From positions 46,872-110,871 of the forward strand of contig CAZRSX010000002.1 of NCBI GenBank assembly GCA_964602865.1: DNA of 64,000 nucleotides, given 5' to 3'. Below are positions 1 through 10,394 of this stretch, piece after piece. The position numbers were made by a program, and so were the translations under genes. Below the pieces are notes generated by a model. That model had not been told where the DNA came from. It saw only the letters and a list, made by a program, of their open reading frames with translations, and did not search any database. Positions within the stretch are counted from its first letter, which is position 1. Each line of letters begins with the position of its first letter. This DNA comes from an uncultured Candidatus Saccharibacteria bacterium. Lineage in GTDB: Bacteria > Patescibacteriota > Saccharimonadia > Saccharimonadales > JAGQNJ01.

Positions 1-86
1 CGATAGACGAAACAACCGATATTGTGCCGGGTAACGCCCCGAGCTTATGGCAGCGTATTACTGATAGTGTTTTCTAGCAGGCCAAT

Positions 87-1574
87 CTAGTCGGTTTCAG
101 CCCGCAACGGTGTTTGTACCAATCCGGTGCGTTTGGGGTTTTGTGTTGACGGCGCAATAGCGTAGAGACTGGTGTAGTCTCTATCGAGCATCGGTATCGT
201 ACCGACTGTTATTGCTGTCAACATTTGATAGTTGCTGCCATCAAAGTCAAATACGGTAATTTTCCCGGCAGTTGTAGTCAGGAGTCGATGACCGTCCATC
301 CAGACGGCTTTACCGCTGCCCTTATCGAACGAGGTGTCAATGGTGTAGTGGTACTGGCGGTCGTCGAGCGCATCATAGACATTGAACGTCTGGCCGGCTT
401 GGACAGCAATAAATTGCGTGTTGGCTGAAAATGAAATGTGTTGGGGGTTTTCGATACGCATGGTACGAATGCTAAACTGTGGCGCGTCAGGATTAGCCCG
501 CAGTGCAGTGACCGGATTGCGATAAACGTAGACGCGGTTATCGGTAGCAGCACCAGCAGCAACGAGCCAGTTCCCGTTAAACTGAGCCAGATCAAGCAAA
601 TAGCGCGATGACTTCGGTAATTCGCGAATTTTATATGCTTCGTTATCCGTTAGAATGTAGACGCCGACTGTGCTGGCAGTCGTGTTGTCGCTAGGCGCCA
701 TGTACAGCAGCGTATCGTTGCCGTGCGGTTGAAAGGCGAGCGCATTTTTTACGACCGAACTGGTTCGCCGTTCGCTGACATCGGCACTCAGTAATTCATT
801 ATTGTTCTGGTGGATATAGAGTTGATCGGGATTTTTATCGCGCATGACGACTGTCTTGGGATTCAGACGAAAAACCGTGTTGAGGTTGGTTGAGGCCGCC
901 GGATTTTCACGGTCGATCATGAGATATTCTGTTCCGCCTGTATAGCTGTGCTTGACAAGAAAGTGGCGATTATTGGTCGACCACTCCACGAGTTCAAGCC
1001 CGTGCTTCTGGCCCTGCGTAAACAGATTACTTGGTACAGTAAAGGCTGTTTTGGCCTGTTCGGGATTGTTGGCATCAAAAACCTCGAACTCTGCGAGCGT
1101 GTCAGGTCTTTGAACGAGGATCGTGCTTCGATCAGGCGTCACCGTTGCCATTGGCGGTACAGTTGCGTAAGTTGCCACGTCTTCGCGCTGCAAGTTTTCA
1201 GGGAACAGGAATGGATACACCAGGCGCTGGACGCCACCACCGCGAAGTTCAACCGTGCGTTGCCACGGTTTATAGCCTTGTTTGAGAAATTCAAAATCAT
1301 ACCGACCGGCCGGTAAAATCAGCCGCTCACTGGTGATGGCAGTCTGGGTACGACTCTTGTCTTCGCTGGTGATTTTTACCTCGGCGGCATCAGGCGTTGA
1401 AGCCAGAAAAACCAGACCGTTCTGAAAGACGTTGCCCTGGCGATCGACGCCGTACCCGTAGGCTACGTACAGCAAAATAACAGCGCCCAGTCCAATGGCT
1501 ATCGCCATGAGCGCGTAGCCAATGTACAGCTTAATTGTGTGTGCACGTTTTTTGTTTGGGTCGAGAAAATCCAT
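87..1574 (-). CDS. hypothetical membrane-anchored protein (single N-terminal TM, PEGA-like segment)
   Basis: 495-aa ORF; hydrophobic N-terminus YIGYALMAIAIGLGAVILLYVAY; no catalytic motif recognised. Confidence 0.5.
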   Translation of the reverse strand: MDFLDPNKKRAHTIKLYIGYALMAIAIGLGAVILLYVAYGYGVDRQGNVFQNGLVFLASTPDAAEVKITSEDKSRTQTAITSERLILPAGRYDFEFLKQGYKPWQRTVELRGGGVQRLVYPFLFPENLQREDVATYATVPPMATVTPDRSTILVQRPDTLAEFEVFDANNPEQAKTAFTVPSNLFTQGQKHGLELVEWSTNNRHFLVKHSYTGGTEYLMIDRENPAASTNLNTVFRLNPKTVVMRDKNPDQLYIHQNNNELLSADVSERRTSSVVKNALAFQPHGNDTLLYMAPSDNTTASTVGVYILTDNEAYKIRELPKSSRYLLDLAQFNGNWLVAAGAATDNRVYVYRNPVTALRANPDAPQFSIRTMRIENPQHISFSANTQFIAVQAGQTFNVYDALDDRQYHYTIDTSFDKGSGKAVWMDGHRLLTTTAGKITVFDFDGSNYQMLTAITVGTIPMLDRDYTSLYAIAPSTQNPKRTGLVQTPLRAETD

Positions 1575-1634
1575 AATACTACCGCCATTAGTTATAGCAC
1601 GTGGGCTTGCGGTAGTCTATGGTTATAGAGTACT

Positions 1635-2795
1635 ATGATGATGCATAAGTTCGTTGACGTAAATAAGGGGTACAAGAACGTGGGCACACATGCAGGCGTC
1701 ATCCATCTAAACGGCCAGTCATACGATGCAAAAACTGGCCGACCTATCACACCGCACAAAACCGCACAAAAACCAACCGCTCGCTCAGCACAGAGCGTGG
1801 ATGGTTTTTTCGTCGCGGGTGCAGCGCATCCCCGACAACACACCGCTACTGTCAAAGCACCAAAGACGACGCAGCACACAGCAAAACAACCACCTCGTTC
1901 CGGTGCAAAACATACTGTCCGCCACAAACAACAACGATCTAAGACACTCATGCGAGGCGTTGTATCGCGGCCAAGTTTTCCTGTTGTAGCCGAGGAAACT
2001 CCGGCGCAACCCGTGGCAACCAAAGCACCAGTTGCTCATACTGAGCGTATGAAACGTGCCCTGGCCGTCAAAAAGAGCACGCATATCTCGAAATTCGGTG
2101 GAGCACACCACAGATCACACATAGAAAAAAAGGTTGTCGCACTACCCGTACAGCCAGCGCCGCAGAAACAGCCAGCCAACCATCATAAGACCATTGTCAA
2201 AACTACAACAACTCATGCCACCAGCCCTCGCCAATCTGCTGCTGAGACTCATTTTAGCAAGGCAATGAGTAAAGCTGATGCTCACACGCACCATGCCCGC
2301 AAGACCAAAAAACATCGAGTAGCACGTCACCTAGGCATGAGCGCGCGGGTGCTCAATGCTGCTGCCGGCGCGCTTGCTATCATCATGCTTGCCGGCTTTT
2401 TTGCTTACCAGAATATCCCCAATATCAGTATGCGTATTGCCGCCTCCCGTGCCGGCTTCTCGGCTCAGCTACCAGAATATCAGCCAAGCGGTTTTGCCCT
2501 CGGCGGGCCCATCACCTACGGACCTGGTATGATTACGGTCAGTTTTAGCTCAAATAGTGACGATCGTCACTTCAATATCAAACAACAAGTCTCAAACTGG
2601 AACAGTGAAGCCCTTGCTGATAACTTTTTGGCAAGTAGCGGTAAGACATACCAGGCGTACCAGGATAAGGGACGGACTATCTACCTCTACGACAACGCAA
2701 ATGCAACATGGGTTAACGGCGGAATCTGGTACCAAGTTGATGGCAACGGTGTTCTCAGTAACGAGCAGCTCATTCGCGTGGCCAACAGTTTCTAA
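1635..2795 (+). CDS. hypothetical protein with Lys/His-rich basic N-terminal region, one TM helix and C-terminal globular domain
   Basis: 386-aa ORF; tandem accgcacaaaa repeat at its 5' end; TM LNAAAGALAIIMLAGFFAY. Confidence 0.5.
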   Translation: MMMHKFVDVNKGYKNVGTHAGVIHLNGQSYDAKTGRPITPHKTAQKPTARSAQSVDGFFVAGAAHPRQHTATVKAPKTTQHTAKQPPRSGAKHTVRHKQQRSKTLMRGVVSRPSFPVVAEETPAQPVATKAPVAHTERMKRALAVKKSTHISKFGGAHHRSHIEKKVVALPVQPAPQKQPANHHKTIVKTTTTHATSPRQSAAETHFSKAMSKADAHTHHARKTKKHRVARHLGMSARVLNAAAGALAIIMLAGFFAYQNIPNISMRIAASRAGFSAQLPEYQPSGFALGGPITYGPGMITVSFSSNSDDRHFNIKQQVSNWNSEALADNFLASSGKTYQAYQDKGRTIYLYDNANATWVNGGIWYQVDGNGVLSNEQLIRVANSF

Positions 2796-2840
2796 TCTGT
2801 GCTTTACACTGGTAGCATTCTGTAGTATCATTTTGCTTCT

Positions 2841-3086
2841 ATGATTGAGATTATGACTTTTGAAGTGGACGCAACAGGTGAACTGGCGCTGCAAGGAGAA
2901 GCAGCACAGCAAACAGTGGCGCATGAAGCACCAGCCAGCACCAACACTATAGATAATGCAAGTCTATACGATATGGCGATGCTTGGTGGTATTACTGCCA
3001 TGCTGCTAGCGGTATCTGTCTATGGCATCATACCGAGGAGTCCTGTTCGTCAAACAACCGCAAGCTCCTCAGAACGACCATCTTAG
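2841..3086 (+). CDS. small hypothetical protein, possible membrane peptide
   Basis: 81-aa ORF with hydrophobic C-terminal stretch; no homology recognised. Confidence 0.25.
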   Translation: MIEIMTFEVDATGELALQGEAAQQTVAHEAPASTNTIDNASLYDMAMLGGITAMLLAVSVYGIIPRSPVRQTTASSSERPS

Positions 3087-3102
3087 GCTACAATAGGAAA
3101 GT

Positions 3103-4551
3103 ATGAAAAACACAGCTCTCCACTCAGGGCGCGTACGGACGCGGTTTGCGCCAAGCCCGACGGGCTATTTGCATGTCGGCGGCATCCGCACCGCCTTGTT
3201 TGCCTGGCTGGTGGCGCGACAGGCAAACGGGCAATTTATTTTGCGGCTTGAAGATACTGACAAAAATCGGGAAGTGGCCGGTTCGGCAGATCACCTAATT
3301 GCCAGCCTGCAAGCTCTCGGACTGGATTATGACGAAGGTCCGGATATTGGGGGTACATTTGGCCCCTACAAGCAATCAGAGCGGCTCGACATTTACAAAA
3401 AGTGGGCACAAAAATTGATCGACAGCGGACGGGCCTACGCTGATCCGTATTCGCCAGAAGAAGTGCAAGGCTTTCGCGAAGCAGCACAAAAAAACAAGCA
3501 ACCATTTTTGTACCGCAATCATCGGCCGGCAAATCCGCCAGCGTGGGATGGCAGCAAGCCGCTGAGATTTAAGTCCGAACCAAAAAATTACCAGTGGCAC
3601 GATGAAGTCATGGGCGATCTCTCGACCGGCCCGGAAGTTATCGACGATTTTATTCTGATAAAATCCGACGGCTTCCCAACCTACAACTTCGCCCATATTG
3701 TTGATGATGCCGAAATGCAAATCAGCCACGTTACCCGTACCCAAGAATTCATAGCCAGTATTCCAAACTACCTAAATCTCTACGAAGCACTTGAGATTGA
3801 ACGACCAATTCTCGCAACACTGCCATTTATCCTTGGCCCTGACGGCAAAAAGAAGCTGAGCAAACGCGACGGCGCCAAAGATGTACTTGACTACATCAAC
3901 GACGGCTACCTGCCCGAGGCGCTCATCAGTTTTATCGCCACACTCGGCTGGAACGACGGTACTGAGCAGGAAATATTCACCCGAGACGAGTTAATCGAGA
4001 AATTCAGCCTGGAGAGAGTAGGCAAGAGCGGTGCCCACTTTGACGAGCGCCGCCTGCTGTGGACCAACGGCCATTTCATTCGCGAGACGCCACTCGATGA
4101 ATTATATGAAAAAGTAGCGGATTTTTGGCCTAAGGAAGCCGGAAAGTTTGACGAGGCGTACAAAAAGAAAGTACTCGGCTTAGTGCAAGAACGCCTGAAA
4201 TATTTTGCCGAGCTGCCTGAACTAACGTGCTTTTTCTTTGTTGACCTGCCAGTTGATATGAATCTTATCGACAACCACAAACAGCTCAAAAAAGTTGAAA
4301 AGAGCAAGCTCAAAGCATTTCTGGAAGCGGCCGAGCACAGCCTACAACAAAGCGATTTCACACCAGATGACATCCAAAACCGCCTCAACCAATTACTCGA
4401 ACAAACCGACCAAAAGCCAGCAGTACTGTTTAGTATCATCCGTATTGCCAGCACCTGGTCGCCGGCCAGCCCGGGCCTAGCTGACACCATGCATGTCTTG
4501 GGCAAGGAACGTACTCTGTCGCGCATCCGTCACACTTATGGTATACTCTAA
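3103..4551 (+). CDS. gltX: glutamyl-tRNA synthetase
   Basis: class I HIGH motif PSPTGYLHVGG and KMSKS-like KLSKRDG; CTACAAT box 8 nt upstream. Confidence 0.9.
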   Translation: MKNTALHSGRVRTRFAPSPTGYLHVGGIRTALFAWLVARQANGQFILRLEDTDKNREVAGSADHLIASLQALGLDYDEGPDIGGTFGPYKQSERLDIYKKWAQKLIDSGRAYADPYSPEEVQGFREAAQKNKQPFLYRNHRPANPPAWDGSKPLRFKSEPKNYQWHDEVMGDLSTGPEVIDDFILIKSDGFPTYNFAHIVDDAEMQISHVTRTQEFIASIPNYLNLYEALEIERPILATLPFILGPDGKKKLSKRDGAKDVLDYINDGYLPEALISFIATLGWNDGTEQEIFTRDELIEKFSLERVGKSGAHFDERRLLWTNGHFIRETPLDELYEKVADFWPKEAGKFDEAYKKKVLGLVQERLKYFAELPELTCFFFVDLPVDMNLIDNHKQLKKVEKSKLKAFLEAAEHSLQQSDFTPDDIQNRLNQLLEQTDQKPAVLFSIIRIASTWSPASPGLADTMHVLGKERTLSRIRHTYGIL

Positions 4552-4566
4552 CGAGAAACACCGGCT

Positions 4567-5796
4567 ATGAACAACGAAACAAAAACAACAGACAATGATA
4601 GTACTGATGGCGAACGCTTTAGCCATGTCACACCTGAACACCTTGCGCAAAGCGCCTTTCAGCGAGACACGGTCGCACCGGATTTTGCCGCAATTGTTGG
4701 ACACGACCGCCTGACAAAATCGCACAAAAAACACCGGAAGTTTTCGTTGGCGTGGTTTAAGCGCCTGTCCAAAAAGCAAAAGATTTTGGTTTCTGTTGGC
4801 CTAGCGCTGCTGCTCGCCCTACTCGGTTTCATGGTGTGGTGGTTTTTATTGCGTCCGCAGCCACAGCAACTTCCGGCTGCTCAAATCGTTGAGCCGGCAC
4901 CAACTACAGAGCCGTCACGGCTCACCGGACTCCAAGTTGACCCTGAAGTCAATAAACGGCACGTTACCGGCGTCATGATAGAAAACAGTCCGGACGCTCG
5001 TCCACAATCCGGACTTCGCGAGGCCGATATTGTCTACGAGGCTATTGCTGAAGCAGGGATTACCAGATTCTTGGCACTCTACCAAGACACCGAACCAAAA
5101 TATATTGGTCCGATCCGCAGTGCCCGACCGTATTATTTAGACTTCTTACTGCCGTTTGATGCTGGCTATGCGCACGTGGGCGGTAGCCCTGACGCGTTGA
5201 AGCAAATTAAACAGCTTAAAGTAAAGGATCTGGATCAATTTGGTAACCCGGGTGCATATGAACGGGTCTCGTCACGGTATGCGCCGCACAATGTCTATTC
5301 CAGTATTCCAAAATTAGACGCGGTTGAAGCGGCCAAAGGCTATAAGTCGAGCAATACGGTCGGTTTTGCCCGAAAAGCCGATGAAACACCGGCTGAAGAA
5401 ATTACCGCTAAAACTATTAACTTCGCCATTTCCAGCACGCTATACAACGTTGAGTTCAGTTACGAGAAAGAAGGTAATCGGTACCTACGAAATATGGGCG
5501 GCAAAAAACATGTCGATGAAAAAAGCGGCAAGCAAATTGCTTCAAAAGTTGTTGTTGCCCTGGTCATGAAAAAAGGTTTTATGCCGAACGGTTACCATAC
5601 CAAGTACGAAACAACCGGCAGCGGAAAGATGTTTGTGTTTCAAGATGGTGCTGTTATGAAAGGCACCTGGAAAAAAACCGCTCGCGATAAGCAGTTCACC
5701 TTTACGGATGCCGACGGTAAAGCGATCGAGCTCAACCCGGGCAAGACCTGGATTACTATCGTCTCCGACGCAAGTAGTGTAAGCTATAAACCATAA
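4567..5796 (+). CDS. DUF3048 domain protein (YerB-like, N-terminal TM anchor)
   Basis: 409 aa; TM after basic N-terminus; VMIENSPDARPQSGL and C-terminal DUF3048-like region. Confidence 0.65.
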   Translation: MNNETKTTDNDSTDGERFSHVTPEHLAQSAFQRDTVAPDFAAIVGHDRLTKSHKKHRKFSLAWFKRLSKKQKILVSVGLALLLALLGFMVWWFLLRPQPQQLPAAQIVEPAPTTEPSRLTGLQVDPEVNKRHVTGVMIENSPDARPQSGLREADIVYEAIAEAGITRFLALYQDTEPKYIGPIRSARPYYLDFLLPFDAGYAHVGGSPDALKQIKQLKVKDLDQFGNPGAYERVSSRYAPHNVYSSIPKLDAVEAAKGYKSSNTVGFARKADETPAEEITAKTINFAISSTLYNVEFSYEKEGNRYLRNMGGKKHVDEKSGKQIASKVVVALVMKKGFMPNGYHTKYETTGSGKMFVFQDGAVMKGTWKKTARDKQFTFTDADGKAIELNPGKTWITIVSDASSVSYKP

Positions 5797-5811
5797 GAGG
5801 TAACATGTAGG

Positions 5812-7356
5812 GTGGACTACTTCGAAAAACTGGTTGGACAGGTACGAGTACTGCTATTCATTGGTATGGCTCTTGTGAGCGTAGTGGTTGGCTTGTCTCT
5901 GTGGGTTGGGTTGAGTTTGTTGCCTGAACTGCCGGTTCTACTCATTATTACCGGTGCCGTACTCCTTGGCATGGCCGCTTCTGTACTCTGCGTTCGTATA
6001 CTAGCGCGGATTGTGATGGAGCCGGTGCACGTCTTATGGAAGGCTATTCTGCACGTCACCCCCGAACAACGTGAAATGGCACCGCCAAATCTGGACAAGA
6101 TTGGTATCGGCAAGGATCTCATAAAAAGCCTGGCGCTACAGGTCTATCAAATAGCCAGTTCGAGTGCAATGGCGCCAGCCGGCGCCAAACAGCCAACCGC
6201 TCAAGCCAGCTCTGGGACCGACGCTGTGCTCACGAATTTTCCGCTACCGGTTTTTATCACTAATAAAGACCAGCTCGTTGTCTACGCCAACACTGCGGCA
6301 GCGCACTATATCGGCAAACAGCCAAATGAGATTACCAATAACAATATCTACTCCGTGCTCGATTTGTCATTTAGTGAAGAAGAGACGCTAGATGCTTGGC
6401 TGGCGACTAGTCGCAATGACAAAGTAACGGCAAGTCGGTTCTGGGAGCGCGTGCGGCTGACGTTGTCAGATCAAAGCCGCAAGCAATGCGATATCGCTGC
6501 GTACTACAACAAAAACAATCCGCATGGTATTGAAACCGTTATTACGCTGTTTGACAAATCGAAATCATACGGGCAAGGCGATGACGCCATTAGCTTTATC
6601 GCGCTGGCTGTGCACGAACTCCGGACACCGTTGACCATGCTTCGTGGCTACATTGAGGTTTTTGAAGAAGAGCTCAGCGGTAAACTCACTCCTGAACTGG
6701 ATGGCTTTATGAAAAAAATGCAAGCATCGGCGCAGCAACTGACTGCTTTTGTGAGCAATATTTTAAATGTCGCCCGCGTCGAAGAAGACCAGCTCTTCCT
6801 GCAGCTACATGAGGAAAACTGGAGCGAAACGCTTAAGGGTATCGTCAATGATATGGCACTCCGAGCACACGTTCATGGCAAAAAAATTGAATATAACATC
6901 GCCGAAAACCTGCCAACGGCGGCTGTTGATAAAGTCAGTATGTACGAAGTGGTTGGCAATCTCATTGATAATGCCGTCAAGTATGGCGGCCAAAGCCAGC
7001 GGATTGTGGTGCGCAGTTATTTACGCGACGACGGTTTTATCGAAACAACCGTGCAAGACTTTGGCATCGGTATTGACGCCAGCATTTTAGGCAATCTGTT
7101 TGAAAAATTTTACCGCAATCACCGCTCGCGAGCCCAGGTTGGCGGCACCGGTCTTGGTCTGTATTTGAGCAAGGCCATTGTTAAGGCGCACGGCGGACAA
7201 ATCTGGGTACAATCAAAAGAAGGTCAGGGAAGTATATTCGGATTTACCTTACAGCAATATTCTCAGCTTGCCGAAACACAAAAAACAACCGATAATCAAG
7301 ATATCCGCCGTGTCGCGCACGGCTGGATTAAAAACCATTCATTCTATAAAAGGTAG
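5812..7356 (+). CDS. sensor histidine kinase (TM, PAS, HisKA, HATPase)
   Basis: H-box LAVHELRTPLTMLRGY; G-box GGTGLGLYLSKAIVKAHGG; GTG start. Confidence 0.85.
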   Translation: MDYFEKLVGQVRVLLFIGMALVSVVVGLSLWVGLSLLPELPVLLIITGAVLLGMAASVLCVRILARIVMEPVHVLWKAILHVTPEQREMAPPNLDKIGIGKDLIKSLALQVYQIASSSAMAPAGAKQPTAQASSGTDAVLTNFPLPVFITNKDQLVVYANTAAAHYIGKQPNEITNNNIYSVLDLSFSEEETLDAWLATSRNDKVTASRFWERVRLTLSDQSRKQCDIAAYYNKNNPHGIETVITLFDKSKSYGQGDDAISFIALAVHELRTPLTMLRGYIEVFEEELSGKLTPELDGFMKKMQASAQQLTAFVSNILNVARVEEDQLFLQLHEENWSETLKGIVNDMALRAHVHGKKIEYNIAENLPTAAVDKVSMYEVVGNLIDNAVKYGGQSQRIVVRSYLRDDGFIETTVQDFGIGIDASILGNLFEKFYRNHRSRAQVGGTGLGLYLSKAIVKAHGGQIWVQSKEGQGSIFGFTLQQYSQLAETQKTTDNQDIRRVAHGWIKNHSFYKR

Positions 7357-7359
7357 GCT

Positions 7360-7800
7360 ATGGAACCAGCAAACCCGACACCGAATAATGACATCCGTCC
7401 ATCGCACGAACCTATCGCTGCCGGCCAACCCAAATACCGGAATATTCTCTGTATTGAGGATGAACATTTTATTGGTGAATTGTATGGCCGAGCATTGGAA
7501 AAAGCCGGCTACAACGTTACTCTTATTATCGATGGAGCCGAGGGACTGAAAGCCGCCAAAACAGATCAGTATGACATTATTTTGCTGGATATTATGGTGC
7601 CGTCGCTCACCGGGATCGATCTGCTCAAGCAGTTGCGCCATGATGTGCCAAACCTCAAAGCAAAAGTCATCGTCACGACAAACCTAGAGCAAAGCGAAGA
7701 AGACCGAGCCGCCGTCGAGAAACAAGCTGATGGCTATGTCATCAAAGCCAACATGACACCCAAAGAGCTGGTTGGATTCCTGCAATCGCTTGAAACATAG
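7360..7800 (+). CDS. response regulator, stand-alone receiver domain
   Basis: CheY-like ILLDIMVPSLTGIDLLKQLR; no output domain; follows kinase. Confidence 0.8.
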   Translation: MEPANPTPNNDIRPSHEPIAAGQPKYRNILCIEDEHFIGELYGRALEKAGYNVTLIIDGAEGLKAAKTDQYDIILLDIMVPSLTGIDLLKQLRHDVPNLKAKVIVTTNLEQSEEDRAAVEKQADGYVIKANMTPKELVGFLQSLET

Positions 7801-7865
7801 CGTATACTACAAATAGTTATGTATGGGCTGGACGTGTCCTTCCTCCATACAAACTGATTCATAGA

Positions 7866-8033
7866 TTAGAACTCATCCGGAAATACCCTTTCTGCTGCAA
7901 ATGACATCCAGGGCATCGTCCAGCCGTTTGTCTTCGCAGCGTACCGATAGGTACGCTTTGTCAACAGAACGACTGGCCGTTACTCCTGGAGTGTTATTTT
8001 CGCACTTGAAAAGTATTTCCGGATGAGTTCTAG
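7866..8033. mobile_element. 168-bp palindromic element with perfect 20-bp terminal inverted repeats, MITE-like
   Basis: tagaactcatccggaaatac at 7866-7885 is the exact reverse complement of 8014-8033; internal palindrome agcgtaccgataggtacgct; TA dinucleotide on both flanks. Confidence 0.45.
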
Positions 8034-8109
8034 AACACTCGTCGTGATGAAGATGTAGTCCGAGCGACACCACACTTTTTATCAGTCCTTAACCTGCGAG
8101 GATCTAACT

Positions 8110-8451
8110 ATGGATTTGCCTTATGAAAACGCTGCCCAAAGCGTCACTGAGCATGCCGGGTTTCCCAACCCTGCAACCGACACAAACATTATTTCACTTT
8201 CTTTAGAAAAACTACTCATCAAACACCCTAGCAGCACGTTCTTTATGCAGCTCAGCGGAAATACTTGGGAAGCCATTGGTATTTTTGACGGAGATATCGC
8301 CATCGTCGACAAGTCGCTGGAACCTCAAAAAACGGATACTGTTGTCTGGTGGGACGTTGATGAATTCCGCGTCTCAAAATATGGTCGCTTGCCCGAAAAG
8401 ATGGCCCCCTGGGGTGTGGTGACCAGTATTATTCATAGGTATCGGATATGA
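8110..8451 (+). CDS. umuD: UmuD-like S24 peptidase (short, 113 aa)
   Basis: LSGNTWEAIGIFDGDIAIVD Ser region and FRVSKYGRL Lys region; 4-nt overlap with umuC. Confidence 0.65.
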   Translation: MDLPYENAAQSVTEHAGFPNPATDTNIISLSLEKLLIKHPSSTFFMQLSGNTWEAIGIFDGDIAIVDKSLEPQKTDTVVWWDVDEFRVSKYGRLPEKMAPWGVVTSIIHRYRI

Positions 8452-9734
8452 AGCAGCCAATCCTCGCATTGGTTGATTCAAATAATTTCTTCGTAAGTTG
8501 CGTGCGAGTTTTCCGTCCCGACCTAGAAGGCACGCCCGTGGTGTCGCTCTCGAGCAATGACGGTTGTGTTGTCGCGCGCAGTAATGAGGCCAAGGCGCTG
8601 GGTATCCCGATGGGTGCGCCAGCTTTTAAGTGGCGACAATTTTTCAAAGACAACAACGTGGTGCAGGTAAGCGGTAACTTCGAACTCTACGGCGACATGT
8701 CCCGGCGCATCACCAGCATTTTATCGGCTATCACGCCACGGATTGAAATCTACTCCGTTGATGAATCATTCCTTGATCTATCAGAACTCGACATACCTGA
8801 CTACACACAGTGGGGCAGACTAGTTCGTGCTCAAATCCTGCAGTGGACGGGCATTCCGGTATCAATCGGCATTGCGCCGAGCAAAACCATGGCCAAGCTA
8901 GCGTCTGACCGCGCCAAAAAGGAGCCGAGCTTAGCCGGTGTATTAGATATGGCTTCATTGAAGCAAGCCAAGCGTCGGCCATACCTTGAACATGCACCAA
9001 TCGAAAGTGTGTGGGGCATCGGTTGGCGGCTGGCGCCGAAACTCAAGGCCGAAGGTATCGCGAACGCCTGGCACCTGGCCAATACGCGCGAGCAACTGGC
9101 CCAAGCCCGAATGGGCGTGCGTGGCCGCCAACTGGTGCGGGAACTCAACGGACAATCCTGTTTTGCACTCTCACGCCAAGACAAACCGGCCAAAAGCATC
9201 GCTAACACGCGCACCTTCGGACAAGACACGAGCGAGTTGCATGTGCTTGAGGCTGCCATTGCTGCATTCACGGCTAACGTGACACGCCGTCTGCGACTCA
9301 GTAGACAGCTGACCCGGCGTGCTGGATTTTTCATCGCCACCAACCGCCATAAACCCGGCTACCGCATGACTTCGCGTGAAATCGTGCTACCGTTTCCGTC
9401 TAGCGACACGGGTCTGATTACTGAGCTGCTCGTCAACAAAATGGCCAAAGTGTTTAATCCGCACTGCGCGTATCACCGCGCCGGAGTCTGGCTCGAAGAC
9501 TTTGTACCAGAAAATAGTCTGCAAATTGACATGCTCGGCACTGTTGATCCCCGGCAGCACGACCGTTCAGTGCGTCGCATGCAAGCCGTCGATACTCTCA
9601 ACAAGCGATACGGCAAACATAGCGTCTATTACGCCGCTGAAGATTTGGGGAGCAGCTGGCAGCCCATTCGCCACATCCAAATGCCTCGCTGGACCACCCG
9701 CTGGGATGAGTTGCCCATTGCAAAAATTAAGTAG
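8448..9734 (+). CDS. umuC: Y-family DNA polymerase V subunit UmuC
   Basis: N-terminal ALVDSNNFFVSCVRVF...SNDGCVVARSNEAKALGI typical of UmuC/DinB. Confidence 0.85.
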   Translation: MKQPILALVDSNNFFVSCVRVFRPDLEGTPVVSLSSNDGCVVARSNEAKALGIPMGAPAFKWRQFFKDNNVVQVSGNFELYGDMSRRITSILSAITPRIEIYSVDESFLDLSELDIPDYTQWGRLVRAQILQWTGIPVSIGIAPSKTMAKLASDRAKKEPSLAGVLDMASLKQAKRRPYLEHAPIESVWGIGWRLAPKLKAEGIANAWHLANTREQLAQARMGVRGRQLVRELNGQSCFALSRQDKPAKSIANTRTFGQDTSELHVLEAAIAAFTANVTRRLRLSRQLTRRAGFFIATNRHKPGYRMTSREIVLPFPSSDTGLITELLVNKMAKVFNPHCAYHRAGVWLEDFVPENSLQIDMLGTVDPRQHDRSVRRMQAVDTLNKRYGKHSVYYAAEDLGSSWQPIRHIQMPRWTTRWDELPIAKIK

Positions 9735-10278
9735 CTTTTGCTCCAACTTCGTAAACGTGCCCGAGGATGAGCTGTACTCTGTTTGGGACACTGGCTGCAG
9801 GGACACGAATTGGCTCCATGCCTGCATCAGCATACGTCCTAAATAACAAACCATTCAGAGTGGCTATTTGTTCGGCACTTTCCGTTCGAGCGTAATCTTG
9901 TTCGTAGTCAGCCAGCGGTTCCAGCCAAAATATTTTTCGGTATTGAGCCGCCCGGATAGCGGTAACCACCCATTCCTCCATGTCAAAATTATGCAAATTC
10001 ATATACGCCTCGGTGTCATGCATGCCACGATCCAGAAATGTAATATTCCTTGGCTCAAGGCTCGTCTCGATTGCAATCTTCCTCCGCATAATCGTATTCT
10101 GAAAATCAAGCTCATCTTCACGGATCTCTTCAATTGTTCTGCCTTCCGCAATGCCTTCGTCAATAACTAACCGAGCCGCCTCAGGAACAGTATGGTACCC
10201 AAGCCTCTCAAACTCGCCCACAAGTGTTGTTTTTCCGCAAGAAGGTCCACCTGTCAAAACATACCAACTATTCGTCAT
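9727..10278 (-). CDS. AAA_28 family P-loop ATPase/kinase (NadR-like nucleoside kinase domain)
   Basis: Walker A LTGGPSCGKTTL then LGYHTVPEAAR; paralog of 16836..17405. Confidence 0.7.
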   Translation of the reverse strand: MTNSWYVLTGGPSCGKTTLVGEFERLGYHTVPEAARLVIDEGIAEGRTIEEIREDELDFQNTIMRRKIAIETSLEPRNITFLDRGMHDTEAYMNLHNFDMEEWVVTAIRAAQYRKIFWLEPLADYEQDYARTESAEQIATLNGLLFRTYADAGMEPIRVPAASVPNRVQLILGHVYEVGAKAT

Positions 10279-10394
10279 CTTTAGCTCTCCTGACCATTAC
10301 CAAAAAGCATACCATCTCTATCAGATAAAAAATAATGCTTATGCTTGTGTTTTTGTAGTGTGCTTGCCACAATAGTTCTCATTAAGGAGAGGTA

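Noticed and set aside
2796-3102. Possible T-box leader upstream of gltX (ttggtggtattactgcc resembles GGGTGGNACCGCG)
   Set aside because: The match to the T-box consensus is partial, no specifier loop or terminator/antiterminator pair is evident, and the region is largely occupied by an 81-aa ORF.
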